NCBI GenBank assembly: GCA_964464735.1
Contig: CAYXKF010000002.1
Location: 3,833-67,832, forward strand
Reading direction: 5' to 3'
Source: an uncultured Candidatus Saccharibacteria bacterium
GTDB taxonomy: Bacteria > Patescibacteriota > Minisyncoccia > Phycocordibacterales > UBA1006
DNA: 64,000 nucleotides
The translations under genes were made by a program, and so were the position numbers. Of the stretch, positions 27,532-37,294 are shown piece by piece. Under the pieces are notes generated by a model. It saw only the letters and a program-made list of their open reading frames with translations. It did not search any database and was not told the origin of the DNA. Numbering within the stretch: the stretch's first letter is position 1; each line of letters opens with the position of its first letter.

Positions 27532-28062
27532 TCACTCTTTAAAAAATTTAGACTTTAAAAACTGACCGAAGTCCCATAACTCTTGTTGCCGCTGAGAAAG
27601 TTTAACAATCAGATCTTCTTTTTCACTTTCTGTCAGTTCTTTGTTCACTAATCGCATATCAATCTCTTTACTCACATTCGATACGATGAATTGATCACCC
27701 TCCATATCCTGAGCCCTCAGTTTGATATATTCTTCAGTGGGTCTATTTTTATAAAACTCAGTCAAAAAAGCTTCGGTGCGGGAATATATCGAAGCAATAT
27801 CTTCTTTCTGATTTTCTGATGAAATAAGTATCCAAGGATATGGAGTATCTCCCGTACCGCGTTGTTGCACTGCATGACCGGCGTTCGAGGCAATAGTAGG
27901 TATGCCGTTTACATTAAAAGCCACGATTACCTCTTTCAGTTCCTCATTATCAATAGGCAAGCCATCTTCCATGGTTCCACCCAAGAGATTCATTTGGTTT
28001 TCCCACAGCTTCTGCTTTTGGGATTTTTCAAACTTATTAAGTTCAGGGTTCTTTGGAAACAT
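27532..28062 (-). CDS. hypothetical cytoplasmic protein
   Basis: 176-aa ORF in an operon with recJ, tadA-like and rnhA; no motif recognised. Confidence 0.35.
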   Translation of the reverse strand: MFPKNPELNKFEKSQKQKLWENQMNLLGGTMEDGLPIDNEELKEVIVAFNVNGIPTIASNAGHAVQQRGTGDTPYPWILISSENQKEDIASIYSRTEAFLTEFYKNRPTEEYIKLRAQDMEGDQFIVSNVSKEIDMRLVNKELTESEKEDLIVKLSQRQQELWDFGQFLKSKFFKE

Positions 28063-28064
28063 GC

Positions 28065-29768
28065 CTATGTAATAATATCATCTATCCGCACAAAATGCCC
28101 CCCGCCATTATAGGTATCCTTTTCGATCGTACCAACAATCACCATCGTCTGCCCGGCTTTTAATGAATCTTTTTCATAGGGCGCATAAAATGATACGGCG
28201 CGAAAGGTCTTTCCCGACTGATCCGATGCGATTATTTCAAGGTGGGTTTTGGTTTTTCCAAACCACTTAATATCTTTTATTAAGGCATTCGCAAAAGCAA
28301 AGATTGGCTTCTCATTCTCCATTCCAAACGGACGAAGTGGATCCAGAAATTCTATAATTGATGGTATCAAATCAAATTCTTCGATTGAATCGCACACCTG
28401 ATGCGTTTCTTCGTGTGCTTTTTTATCTTTCAATGAAAGATTCTGGAATGCTTCGACCAAGTCGCCAATTTTTGACGCACTGGTCGAAAAGCCCCCTGCC
28501 CCATGGTGACCGCCGTATTGGTCAAGGACTCCTTCTGGAATCATCGACAAAATATCAAGAACGCTTTCACCGTCATACGCACGGCATGAGGCGCGAATCG
28601 TATCCCCTTCGGTAGTCCACACACAGGTAGTCTTGTGATACCGATCGACCAGCGCAGACGCGACTAATCCAATAACGCCCGAGTGCCACGCATGATTGCC
28701 GATTAAAATAACATCGCCCAATTCGCGCTTGTCTAAATCTTTTTTTGCCTCTTTGGTAATCTGCGCGGTCAATTGTTTGCGCTCGTCATTTTTCGCATCC
28801 ATACGCGCGGCATATATTTTTGCATCGCGTTCAGTTGTTGCGGTAAGCAAATGGTACGCACCAATGGCGTCGCCCATGCGTGATGCGGCGTTTAACGTTG
28901 GCGCGATCGAAAAACCAATATCATCTTCGGTTACCTCGCCAAGGCGAATGCGCTTTAAGGCAAATAACGCGCGCAAGCCCGGGCGTTTTGTTTTGTTTAA
29001 CACCTTGATACCAAAATGCACCAGTGTGCGATTTTCTTTGACCAAGGGCACCATGTCGGCAATGGTTGCAACCGCAACGACATCAAGCGACCATTTTTCG
29101 AACCCATCGGGTAAATCTTTCACTAATTCGGAATTCATTTTGCGCAATGTGATGATCAGCGCGCGGACAAACTGATATGCAACACCCGCGCCGCAAATCA
29201 TCGGGTCGGCATAGTTCCCCAATTTTGGATGCACCACCGCATGCGCATCAGGTAACGTTTCGCCCATTTCATGGTGATCGGTCACGATGATAACGTGGCC
29301 ATTTTTTCGCAAACACGCAATCCCGTCATGAGACCGTACACCAACATCAACAGTAATTACCAAGGCATCCTTGCTCCAATCAGTAATCGTCTGGCATACC
29401 CGTGTCGAAACTCCGTACCCATCTTGCGCGCGGTCAGGAAAAAAGACCTTGTATTTTTTATACCCAACTGCAGTTAAAAAATCAGTAATCACGGTTGCAG
29501 CCGAAACACCGTCGGCATCATAGTCGGCATAAATGGCGATGCTTCGTTCTTCGCGAAGTGCGTCGATAAAACGCTCAACGCCACTTTGCATTCCTTCCAT
29601 CGAAAACGGATCAGCCAAGGTGTCGTATCCAACAGCTAAAAACGCTTCGATCAGTTCGAGCGTATGCAGGGCACGGCTGGCAAAAACCTTAAGCTGCCAA
29701 GGTAAATACTTTTTGCGCAGTTCGTCTTGTTGTATTGCCGAGTCGTCGACATGGATTATGGCGTTCAT
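28065..29768 (-). CDS. recJ: single-stranded-DNA-specific exonuclease RecJ
   Basis: DHH motifs 'IYADYDADGVSA' and 'VIIVTDHHE', DHHA1-like region, 567 aa. Confidence 0.8.
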   Translation of the reverse strand: MNAIIHVDDSAIQQDELRKKYLPWQLKVFASRALHTLELIEAFLAVGYDTLADPFSMEGMQSGVERFIDALREERSIAIYADYDADGVSAATVITDFLTAVGYKKYKVFFPDRAQDGYGVSTRVCQTITDWSKDALVITVDVGVRSHDGIACLRKNGHVIIVTDHHEMGETLPDAHAVVHPKLGNYADPMICGAGVAYQFVRALIITLRKMNSELVKDLPDGFEKWSLDVVAVATIADMVPLVKENRTLVHFGIKVLNKTKRPGLRALFALKRIRLGEVTEDDIGFSIAPTLNAASRMGDAIGAYHLLTATTERDAKIYAARMDAKNDERKQLTAQITKEAKKDLDKRELGDVILIGNHAWHSGVIGLVASALVDRYHKTTCVWTTEGDTIRASCRAYDGESVLDILSMIPEGVLDQYGGHHGAGGFSTSASKIGDLVEAFQNLSLKDKKAHEETHQVCDSIEEFDLIPSIIEFLDPLRPFGMENEKPIFAFANALIKDIKWFGKTKTHLEIIASDQSGKTFRAVSFYAPYEKDSLKAGQTMVIVGTIEKDTYNGGGHFVRIDDIIT

Positions 29769-29806
29769 GATTGTCTACTATAGCATAGGCATGCTAGTAT
29801 CTGGAT

Positions 29807-30166
29807 ATGGACAATTGCGTGTTTTGTAAAATAGTAAAAAAAGAAATTCCCGCCCATATTGTGTACGAAGATGCTGATTTTATGGCATTTTTGGACATTC
29901 ACCCCCAATCACCAGGCCATGTACAAGTAATTCCTAAAAATCACATTCGCTGGGTTTGGGATCATCAAAACATTGCAGCGTACTACCAGCTGGTGCAAAA
30001 AATTGCACTTGCACAACGAAAAGCATTTGATACCGAATGGATCTTAAGCAAAGTCGTCGGCAACGAGGTTCCGCATGCGCATGTCTGGGTGTTTCCGTCA
30101 AACCAAGCACAAGGTAATCCGACCGATTTTGAAACAAATGCAGCCAAAATAAAAGCCACTCTGTAA
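29807..30166 (+). CDS. HIT (histidine triad) family nucleotide hydrolase
   Basis: 'CVFCKI' zinc motif and HIT motif 'HAHVWVFP'. Confidence 0.8.
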   Translation: MDNCVFCKIVKKEIPAHIVYEDADFMAFLDIHPQSPGHVQVIPKNHIRWVWDHQNIAAYYQLVQKIALAQRKAFDTEWILSKVVGNEVPHAHVWVFPSNQAQGNPTDFETNAAKIKATL

Positions 30167-30203
30167 AAAACAGAGCGGCTAATTTAGTACTAGCTGGCAC
30201 AAA

Positions 30204-30749
30204 TTACTTTTTCCCTTGTTTCTTCTTATTAATATTCCAACGAACTCTTATTTGATATATTTCCAATCTTTTTCTTTCAGCTTGAATCTTGTTAATTACC
30301 GAGGCATCGATAGACGGATTATCAAGCAAAGCGTTAAAAAGGTCATCGGGCTTTTGTGCATGTTTTTCAAATTGTCTGTAGATATATAATCTTTCTTTTA
30401 CATCTACAGCAATGTTCTTTAGCTCATATAGTTTTAACTTTTTAAGCAGTTTTATGGGAACTATGTTAAATGGCTCAAACATTAGAATCACCCTGATGCG
30501 AACCATAAGGTCCTGTATAATCTTGTCCTTATATCTTAGATGCCTATTATATTGTATTACTTGGCCTGAATCTGTATCAATTAGGTGCATTCCTAACGTT
30601 TGATGTAGATTTTTATTTGAATCTGATTCTCCATCACCTGCAGTATCCTGCTCGAGAAAATCATTAATAAGTACCAACATTCCCCATAATCTCGCAAAGG
30701 ATATTCGACTTAGATTGCCCCAAAAAATTATTTTATTGCTTTTTTTCAT
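30204..30749 (-). CDS. hypothetical Lys-rich protein
   Basis: 181-aa ORF; coiled-coil-like basic C-terminus; no recognisable domain. Confidence 0.3.
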   Translation of the reverse strand: MKKSNKIIFWGNLSRISFARLWGMLVLINDFLEQDTAGDGESDSNKNLHQTLGMHLIDTDSGQVIQYNRHLRYKDKIIQDLMVRIRVILMFEPFNIVPIKLLKKLKLYELKNIAVDVKERLYIYRQFEKHAQKPDDLFNALLDNPSIDASVINKIQAERKRLEIYQIRVRWNINKKKQGKK

Positions 30750-30854
30750 TTTGTTTCAGTTTAGAAAAACAATAACACATATACAATGAATGTCAATACC
30801 ATGCAGAACAAAAGAAAAACACCCTTTCGGGTGCTTTTCATGAGTGAAAAAAGA

Positions 30855-31247
30855 TTACTTGATCTCAACCTTTCCACCTGCTGCTTCAATTTTAGCCTTG
30901 ATAGCATCAGCTTCTTCTTTCTTAACACCTTCCTTAAGTTTAGCAGGAAGTGCTTCAACAAGGTCTTTAGCTTCTTTAAGGCCAAGACCAAGAAGCTCCT
31001 TAACTTCCTTCATCACCGGAATCTTCGCGCCACCATCGGCAACAAGCATAACAGTGAATTCAGTTTGAGCCTCGGCAGCTGGTGCCCCTGCTCCTGCACC
31101 GGCTACAGCAACCGCTGCAGCTGATACGCCAAACTTAGCTTCGAATACTTTTACTAATTCGTTCAAATCAAGAACTGACATTTGTTCGATTTCTGAAACG
31201 ATCTTTGAGAACTTCTCAGGTACGACTACGTTGTTTTCTTCTGACAT
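30855..31247 (-). CDS. rplL: 50S ribosomal protein L7/L12
   Basis: Ala-rich hinge plus the C-terminal '[33 protein letters not shown]'. Confidence 0.9.
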   Translation of the reverse strand: MSEENNVVVPEKFSKIVSEIEQMSVLDLNELVKVFEAKFGVSAAAVAVAGAGAGAPAAEAQTEFTVMLVADGGAKIPVMKEVKELLGLGLKEAKDLVEALPAKLKEGVKKEEADAIKAKIEAAGGKVEIK

Positions 31248-31271
31248 AATGTTAGTGGTTAAAACCGATAA

Positions 31272-31757
31272 TTAAGCTCCTTTCTTTTCTGCGATCTGGC
31301 CCAATGCGATAACGAATGACTGGATCGGAGAATTGATAACGTTGACGAACATGCCGCGGAGTACGGGCATATCCGGAATAGTTGCAAGCGCGGTGATATC
31401 TGCTGCAGACTTTAACTGTCCTTCGAAAATACCTCCAGCCAATGCAATATTGTCCTTGTGGGTCTTTTGAAACTCAAAGACTTCACGGATCGGCGCAAGA
31501 ACGTCAGTTCCATACGCGATCGCAATATTGCCATCAAGGCCTGATACCGTAAAACCTGCTGCCTGAAGACCACGGTACAACAAAGTCTTTTTCAAGACCA
31601 AGTAACCAATACCTTTTGACGCAAGATTTTTGCGCAATTCGGTAGTAGCACCGCTATCCAAGTTCTTAAACTGCACAAACGTAAGTGTTTTTGCTTCTTT
31701 AAGAATATCAGCAAGCTTGCCGGTAATAGCACGCTTTTTCTCTTTTGTTACTGCCAT
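31272..31757 (-). CDS. rplJ: 50S ribosomal protein L10
   Basis: L10 similarity, immediately upstream of rplL. Confidence 0.85.
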   Translation of the reverse strand: MAVTKEKKRAITGKLADILKEAKTLTFVQFKNLDSGATTELRKNLASKGIGYLVLKKTLLYRGLQAAGFTVSGLDGNIAIAYGTDVLAPIREVFEFQKTHKDNIALAGGIFEGQLKSAADITALATIPDMPVLRGMFVNVINSPIQSFVIALGQIAEKKGA

Positions 31758-31886
31758 AAGAGAAAATACTGTTTATGAATGATTAAAGAACGACCTTTTA
31801 ATTCTAGGAAAGAGCTTCGGTAAGCTGTAATTTCAAGGGCTTACGCCCGCTTACTGTCTTTAGCCTAGTACCCAGTACTTTACTGA
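31758..31886 (-). promoter_or_regulatory. possible L10 leader (autoregulatory mRNA leader) upstream of rplJ
   Basis: 129-nt untranslated gap with GC-rich paired segments (gggcttacgcccgc); the call rests on position only. Confidence 0.25.
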
Positions 31887-32138
31887 TTATTTGATTAAAG
31901 TCAACTCCTTACCTGTCTTATGTTTATAGAGTTGCATAATATACTGAAGCTGCTCAGTAATATCCAAAAACTCCCGCTCTTCGTCGTCATCAAGCTCGCG
32001 ATCAGTAGAAAGCTGTTCAAGGTCGCCCTTAAGAAGTTGAGCTCTGATAAACAAATCTTCAGCATCCCATGAATCGTATGACTGATTAAGATTATTAAGC
32101 ACCTTTTCAAATTTAAATTGAGGGCCTTTGAAATTCAT
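31887..32138 (-). CDS. small acidic hypothetical protein
   Basis: 83 aa, D/E-rich, helical. Confidence 0.3.
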   Translation of the reverse strand: MNFKGPQFKFEKVLNNLNQSYDSWDAEDLFIRAQLLKGDLEQLSTDRELDDDEEREFLDITEQLQYIMQLYKHKTGKELTLIK

Positions 32139-32139
32139 A

Positions 32140-32577
32140 CTACATGTCCATTTTTTCGATGCGTCGTTCGTGCCGCCCGCCTTCGAACTGAGTATTTAAA
32201 AATAATTGAACTGCTTCTTTTGCCTCGTCTCCGTTAACAAAACCCGCCCCAAGCGAAAGAATGTTTGCATCATTATGCATACGGGCAAGTTTTACAATCT
32301 CAAGGTTGCCACCATAATATTCGATTGCTCGAACCCCATCAAAACGGTTTGCGATCATTGCTTCTCCTTCACCTGATTTGCCCAAGATGATACCACACGA
32401 GTCAGCGTCAATTTGAACCGCCTCTGCGACTGGTTTTATAAAATCAGGATAATCATCAGTCTCGTCATATTTAAAAGCACCCTTGTCGATTATGTCATGC
32501 CCAAGACCACTTAAATATTCTTTAAGCTTTTCTTTTAATTCAAATCCAGCATGATCGGTTCCTAAGTAGATTTTCAT
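32140..32577 (-). CDS. rpiB: ribose-5-phosphate isomerase B
   Basis: RpiB/LacAB signature 'KIYLGTDHAGFELKE...CGIILGKSGEGEAMIANR'; ATG at 32577. Confidence 0.8.
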   Translation of the reverse strand: MKIYLGTDHAGFELKEKLKEYLSGLGHDIIDKGAFKYDETDDYPDFIKPVAEAVQIDADSCGIILGKSGEGEAMIANRFDGVRAIEYYGGNLEIVKLARMHNDANILSLGAGFVNGDEAKEAVQLFLNTQFEGGRHERRIEKMDM

Positions 32578-32578
32578 A

Positions 32579-32884
32579 TTATTTTCCATCATCACCCTTA
32601 GCAATAATACGCTTCTCAAATCCCCCGCGCTTTTCGCGTTTTTGTGCTTGAACCAAAAGTACGTCTGAAAATTCAGGAAGCTTCTTCAATGCATCAACGA
32701 CTTCCAGAATATCAGCCAGCTCCTCGACATTTTTGTCAGCCAAGAATTCCTGAATTTCCTCACCAAGTTTTGTTATAAGAGCTTCCTTGTACTCTAAGTC
32801 GTCAGCAATCCGCTTTTCGTACGGAATATTTTTACTATCAAGCATTTCAGGAATCTTGTCGCGAACTAACTTTTCGTATTTCAT
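32579..32884 (-). CDS. MazG-like / phosphoribosyl-ATP-pyrophosphohydrolase-like nucleotide pyrophosphatase
   Basis: ~100-aa all-alpha protein with the 'EELADILEVVDAL' acidic helix typical of the MazG/HisE fold. Confidence 0.5.
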   Translation of the reverse strand: MKYEKLVRDKIPEMLDSKNIPYEKRIADDLEYKEALITKLGEEIQEFLADKNVEELADILEVVDALKKLPEFSDVLLVQAQKREKRGGFEKRIIAKGDDGK

Positions 32885-33915
32885 ACATGCTGCCCGGTCT
32901 TGATAACATGGTCAACCAACGTTCGCGTGTACCCCATCTCGTTGTCATACCATGCCAACACTTTTACCAGGTCCCCGTCGATTACCCGCGTCATTTCAAG
33001 ATCAGCAATAGATGCAAATTCACTTCCCAAAATATCAGATGACACTAACGGCTCTGCAGTTACGCCAAACAACTTACCCCAACGCGTACTTTTTGCCGCA
33101 TCTTTTAAAATCTGATTTACCTCGTCAACGGTTGTTTTTCGTTTTGCCACAAACGTTACGTCAACAATCGATCCGGCCGGCACGGGAACCCGCAATGAAA
33201 TGCCATCGAATTTTCCTGTAAGCGATGGGTACGCCTTAGTAACCGCAATTGCTGCACCGGTTGAACTTGGCACAATGTTTTGTGCGGCCGCGCGTCCTTC
33301 ACGCAAATCTTTTTTACTTGGACCGTCCACCAACGCCTGCGAAGCAGTGTATCCATGGGTAGTCGAGAGTATTGCTTTTTGAATCCCAATCGCGTCGTCC
33401 AAAATGCCAATCAGTGGGCTTGCCGCATTGGTAGTGCATGATGCATTACTGGTGATATCACAGGTGCCAAACTTTTCTTCATTTACTCCAAGCAAAATAG
33501 TTTCGCCATGCACCAGCGCGCCCGCTTCACCTTCTTTTGCCGGAGCGGTAATAACCACTTTTTTCGCGCCGCAATCAATGTGGAATTTTGCCTTGTCGTA
33601 TGATGTAAATAATCCGGTTGATTCGACAACGACATCGACATTTAATTCTTTCCACGGCAATTTGGTTGTATCTTTTTCTGACACAAATCGAACGGGATGC
33701 CCTCCAATAATAATGTGCGTGCCGTCGTTTGTAACATCGTACTTCCAAGTTCGATATACCGTATCGTATTTTAAAAGATACGAAAGCGATTCGATCGTAC
33801 CCAAATCGTTTACTGCAACGACATCAATCTCTGGACGTTCCCAAGCAAGTTTTAAAAACGCACGGCCGATACGGCCAAACCCATTAATCGCAACGCGGAT
33901 TTTTTTAGATTCCAT
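32881..33915 (-). CDS. gap: glyceraldehyde-3-phosphate dehydrogenase (type I)
   Basis: 'INGFGRIGR' Rossmann motif and active-site 'ASCTTNA'. Confidence 0.9.
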   Translation of the reverse strand: MESKKIRVAINGFGRIGRAFLKLAWERPEIDVVAVNDLGTIESLSYLLKYDTVYRTWKYDVTNDGTHIIIGGHPVRFVSEKDTTKLPWKELNVDVVVESTGLFTSYDKAKFHIDCGAKKVVITAPAKEGEAGALVHGETILLGVNEEKFGTCDITSNASCTTNAASPLIGILDDAIGIQKAILSTTHGYTASQALVDGPSKKDLREGRAAAQNIVPSSTGAAIAVTKAYPSLTGKFDGISLRVPVPAGSIVDVTFVAKRKTTVDEVNQILKDAAKSTRWGKLFGVTAEPLVSSDILGSEFASIADLEMTRVIDGDLVKVLAWYDNEMGYTRTLVDHVIKTGQHV

Positions 33916-33983
33916 ATATCATTATTATACCAACTTTCGCGCATACAAAAAAGCCGCCTTATTAAGCAGCGGCTTTTCTACAT

Positions 33984-34412
33984 TTACCCTACTGTAGTTC
34001 TTCCGTCACAAAAGTGACAACTAAATGATGAGCCAGGAAGTATCCCCTCATCTACATGATAGGTACATGACACAGTACCTTTCCCTTTTTTGCAAATAAC
34101 GCATTGGTGTGGACCATCCTTAATATGCAAACTTAAGAAGAATGGTTTTTGGCAAGTATTGCAATACATTTTTTCCTTGCCTGCAGCACGGATTTTGGCT
34201 ATTTCAACATGTAAGTCATAAAATTTATAATCCCTACCGCCACAGTTAGGGCATGCCGCACAATCTGTGCCGCTTACCAGGAGATTATCCCAGATTTCTT
34301 TCCCTGTCTTAGGGTCAATCTTGGGATCATTATCCTCAATAGGATCATCCAGAAAAACAACATACAGTAAAGTAATGCTCAAATTTTTTCTCATACAAGT
34401 GGATTTTTGCAA
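33984..34412 (-). CDS. Cys-rich small secreted protein (multiple CxxC pairs, zinc-ribbon-like)
   Basis: Signal-like N-terminus; CAACPNCGG, CNTC, CVIC and CHFC motifs. Confidence 0.35.
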   Translation of the reverse strand: MQKSTCMRKNLSITLLYVVFLDDPIEDNDPKIDPKTGKEIWDNLLVSGTDCAACPNCGGRDYKFYDLHVEIAKIRAAGKEKMYCNTCQKPFFLSLHIKDGPHQCVICKKGKGTVSCTYHVDEGILPGSSFSCHFCDGRTTVG

Positions 34413-34456
34413 ATACTACACTTAAGTATCCTTTTGTCAATTACCCCCTTTACCGT

Positions 34457-37201
34457 CTAGTAACCTGCCTTCTTGTATTTAGCCATAACTTCAGATTCGA
34501 CTTCATCACGCGGACGACCGTACTTAAGGTATGATAACTGCTTGATGTTCTCGACTTGCTCTTTGTTTGATGGCGGATAGTTTTCGGTAACCATATTAAA
34601 CGGTTTTACCGGCTGGCCGCCTGCCAGCATCGACAAATACGCATTGCGGTTATCCAACTTGGTGATATCTTCCCAACTAAACGTCGGCTTCACGCGCGGT
34701 TCAAGCGCTTTTGCATCTTCGGAACTGATGCGAAAGATCGCCATTGAGCCCACGTTACCCAATACCGCGTCGCGGATGTTGTCTTTAAGCTGCGCCATAA
34801 ACTGGTGCGCCATGTTAATCGACAGACGATATTTGCGGGCTTCAGACAAGATGCTTGAGATTGCTGGTGTTGTCACGTTTTGAAACTCGTCGATATACAA
34901 GAAAAAGTCTTCGAACTTTTTACCGTAACTGTCTACGCGCGAAAGCGCGGCCATTTGGATTTTTCCGACGATCACCATACCAATTAAGTTTGCATTGAGT
35001 TCACCTAGGCGGCCCTTAGAAAGATTTACCAAAAGGATCTTTTTATTGTCCATTACTTCGCGCATATTAAAGGCAGATTTTTCCTGCAGCACAACCGGAC
35101 GCATGATTTCGTTTGAAATAAATGGGTCAAACTTTGATGAAATGTACGGCACAAAGTTCGACAGCGATTGTTCGCCCGAGGTTTCCTCGGCGCTTTTCCA
35201 AAATTGGTGCACGATCGGGTTGGTACAGTGCGACAATTTCATATCGCGAAATTCTTTTTCGGCAATCACGCGTGTGATTTCAAGCAGTGTGCAGCCCGAT
35301 TCAGGATGCGACATAACCGCCATTGCGGCATTTTTAAAGTACTGCTGAAACATCGCGCCTCCCTGCTGCTCCATGTTAAACAACTGATTAAAGATACCCA
35401 TCAGCTCGTCGATGACCAGCGATTTTTGTTCGGGACGGTCGGCATCAAATTCAAGCATGTTTAAGCCAATCGGCCGCGGCGTGTAGGCCGGGTCAAAGTA
35501 AATGACATCATCCATACGCTCGGGCGGAATAAACGACAAGATGGTTTGAATGTCAGTACCGTGTGGGTCGATGTAACACACCCCATGCCCGGCTTTAATA
35601 TCTTGCGCGATCATGTTCATAAAGATACCCGTCTTACCAGTACCAGTTTGACCTATTACATAAAAGTGGCGCATGCGGTCTTCGGGCGCAAAGTGAATTT
35701 TGGTAACTTTGTTTTGGTACACGTTTTCGCCCAAAATAATCCCTTGGTCGGATAGTTCGATCGGCGGCGGCGCAACTGCAGCCTTTGACTGTTTAAGTTC
35801 GGCTTGGTCTTCGACCGTTGCCGGAAAGTGAAACAATGTTGCCAGTTCTTTAAAATTTAATGTAAGCCGTTCGCGGCGGTTGTATAGCCGGTATGAAAAG
35901 CTGTGCAAAAAGTCCTGCAGTCCCGATTTGCTTGGCTCGGTAAAATGCAGCCCCGTTGATGTTGTGTCGGTAAACTGGTTAAAGGCCGACTTCATGTCAT
36001 CCAAAATTTGCCGCGCTCGCGCTTCGGTTTGCGCTGATGCAACAATGCGCACGTGTGATTCGATAATGGTCGATTTTAACTTCTCACTGATGCTGGTAAC
36101 GTAATCTTGGTGCGCTTCGGGTTTTTCTTTTTTACTGTCGTCAAACAAGATCGAACCGACGTCGGACAAAAACTGGGTATGCAATTGGGTTACGTATGCA
36201 ATTGCCTTTTTAAGCTTTTTGCCTTTTTTAACTTCGTCCAAAATCTGACCATATTCTTTAATCAAAGTCTGCCCGACCGGCATTACAACAAACTGTATTG
36301 CGGCACCTTCGCCCTTTTTCTCGATCTTCGAAAACGCGTTCAAAAGCACATGCAATGGGTCATGCTCGATATGGTCATATGTCTTAAGTTGCAGCACGTC
36401 GGATACCGTTGCCTGCGCATACGCCCCGACCGATGCGCCGCCTTCGCAAAAAATATTATAGTCATCAAACACTTCTGTGATTTTTACGTCGTGATACAAC
36501 GCATTCACCTGCTTTTCAAAAAGACTGACCTTATGGTTTGGCACGCATGCATAAAACACAATGTGCGGTGAACTATTAGCCATTGCAATTTCAAGGGTAA
36601 AATAATTACGGTCCCGATTGTTCGCATCGCCCGCCACCGCAAGCATGCCGGCATAAAATTGCTCCATCAATTGGATCAATTCTTTATAGCCTTGCTTTTT
36701 GTCTTCGCTTGGGCGAGGCAGCGTCACTTCGAACAAACGCATATCGATTGCCTTGTATAATTCTTGACTTGGTGAAAGCCCTGGCAGCTTATGCTGCGAG
36801 ACTAGGTATTCTGACAAAAAGCGCTGAAAGTCGTCATCAAGGTGCGGATCTTGCATGTGTGTCACCACTTCAAGCGCACTTTTGACACCATGTTCCATCA
36901 TGATGCCGTACAGTTCGCCAATGCGATCGTCGTGCGTTTCAGGCGACAACCGAAGCGTCAGGCTGTGTTCTTCGACGGGCATGCTTTTATGCAGCGCATC
37001 AAGCACTTCGGCTTTTTTTGCCGACTTGTATGACTTAATAAGTTCAAGCGCCATTTTATTTTCTTCGTCCTGGGTCGGCTCGCGATGCTCGACTTTAGTA
37101 AAGTCTTCATGCTTTTTTACCATTTGTGTTCGCAAAAATTCCAGCTCGTCAGCCGGAGACTTTGGCTTTTCGGGCATCCCCGCTTTTGAAGGGTTAAACA
37201 T
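34457..37201 (-). CDS. large soluble P-loop NTPase of the VirB4/VirD4/HerA (DUF87, FtsK-HerA superfamily) type
   Basis: Walker A 'VIGQTGTGKTG' at about residue 505, Walker B 'FFLYIDEFQN' at about residue 765, then 'NMAHQF'. There are no TM segments and a ~450-aa non-ATPase N-terminal region. Confidence 0.55.
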   Translation of the reverse strand: MFNPSKAGMPEKPKSPADELEFLRTQMVKKHEDFTKVEHREPTQDEENKMALELIKSYKSAKKAEVLDALHKSMPVEEHSLTLRLSPETHDDRIGELYGIMMEHGVKSALEVVTHMQDPHLDDDFQRFLSEYLVSQHKLPGLSPSQELYKAIDMRLFEVTLPRPSEDKKQGYKELIQLMEQFYAGMLAVAGDANNRDRNYFTLEIAMANSSPHIVFYACVPNHKVSLFEKQVNALYHDVKITEVFDDYNIFCEGGASVGAYAQATVSDVLQLKTYDHIEHDPLHVLLNAFSKIEKKGEGAAIQFVVMPVGQTLIKEYGQILDEVKKGKKLKKAIAYVTQLHTQFLSDVGSILFDDSKKEKPEAHQDYVTSISEKLKSTIIESHVRIVASAQTEARARQILDDMKSAFNQFTDTTSTGLHFTEPSKSGLQDFLHSFSYRLYNRRERLTLNFKELATLFHFPATVEDQAELKQSKAAVAPPPIELSDQGIILGENVYQNKVTKIHFAPEDRMRHFYVIGQTGTGKTGIFMNMIAQDIKAGHGVCYIDPHGTDIQTILSFIPPERMDDVIYFDPAYTPRPIGLNMLEFDADRPEQKSLVIDELMGIFNQLFNMEQQGGAMFQQYFKNAAMAVMSHPESGCTLLEITRVIAEKEFRDMKLSHCTNPIVHQFWKSAEETSGEQSLSNFVPYISSKFDPFISNEIMRPVVLQEKSAFNMREVMDNKKILLVNLSKGRLGELNANLIGMVIVGKIQMAALSRVDSYGKKFEDFFLYIDEFQNVTTPAISSILSEARKYRLSINMAHQFMAQLKDNIRDAVLGNVGSMAIFRISSEDAKALEPRVKPTFSWEDITKLDNRNAYLSMLAGGQPVKPFNMVTENYPPSNKEQVENIKQLSYLKYGRPRDEVESEVMAKYKKAGY

Positions 37202-37294
37202 GCTGCCATTATATCACGATAAAATAAAAATCGCTGAAATATTCATAACAAAACCCGCACCGAGGTGCGGGTTTTGAAAGTAGAATGATACTTA

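Noticed and set aside
30167-30203. Putative terminator after the HIT gene (ctctg-taaaaaa-cagag)
   Set aside because: The stem is only 5 bp with a 7-nt A-only loop and no T-tract, which is too weak to call.
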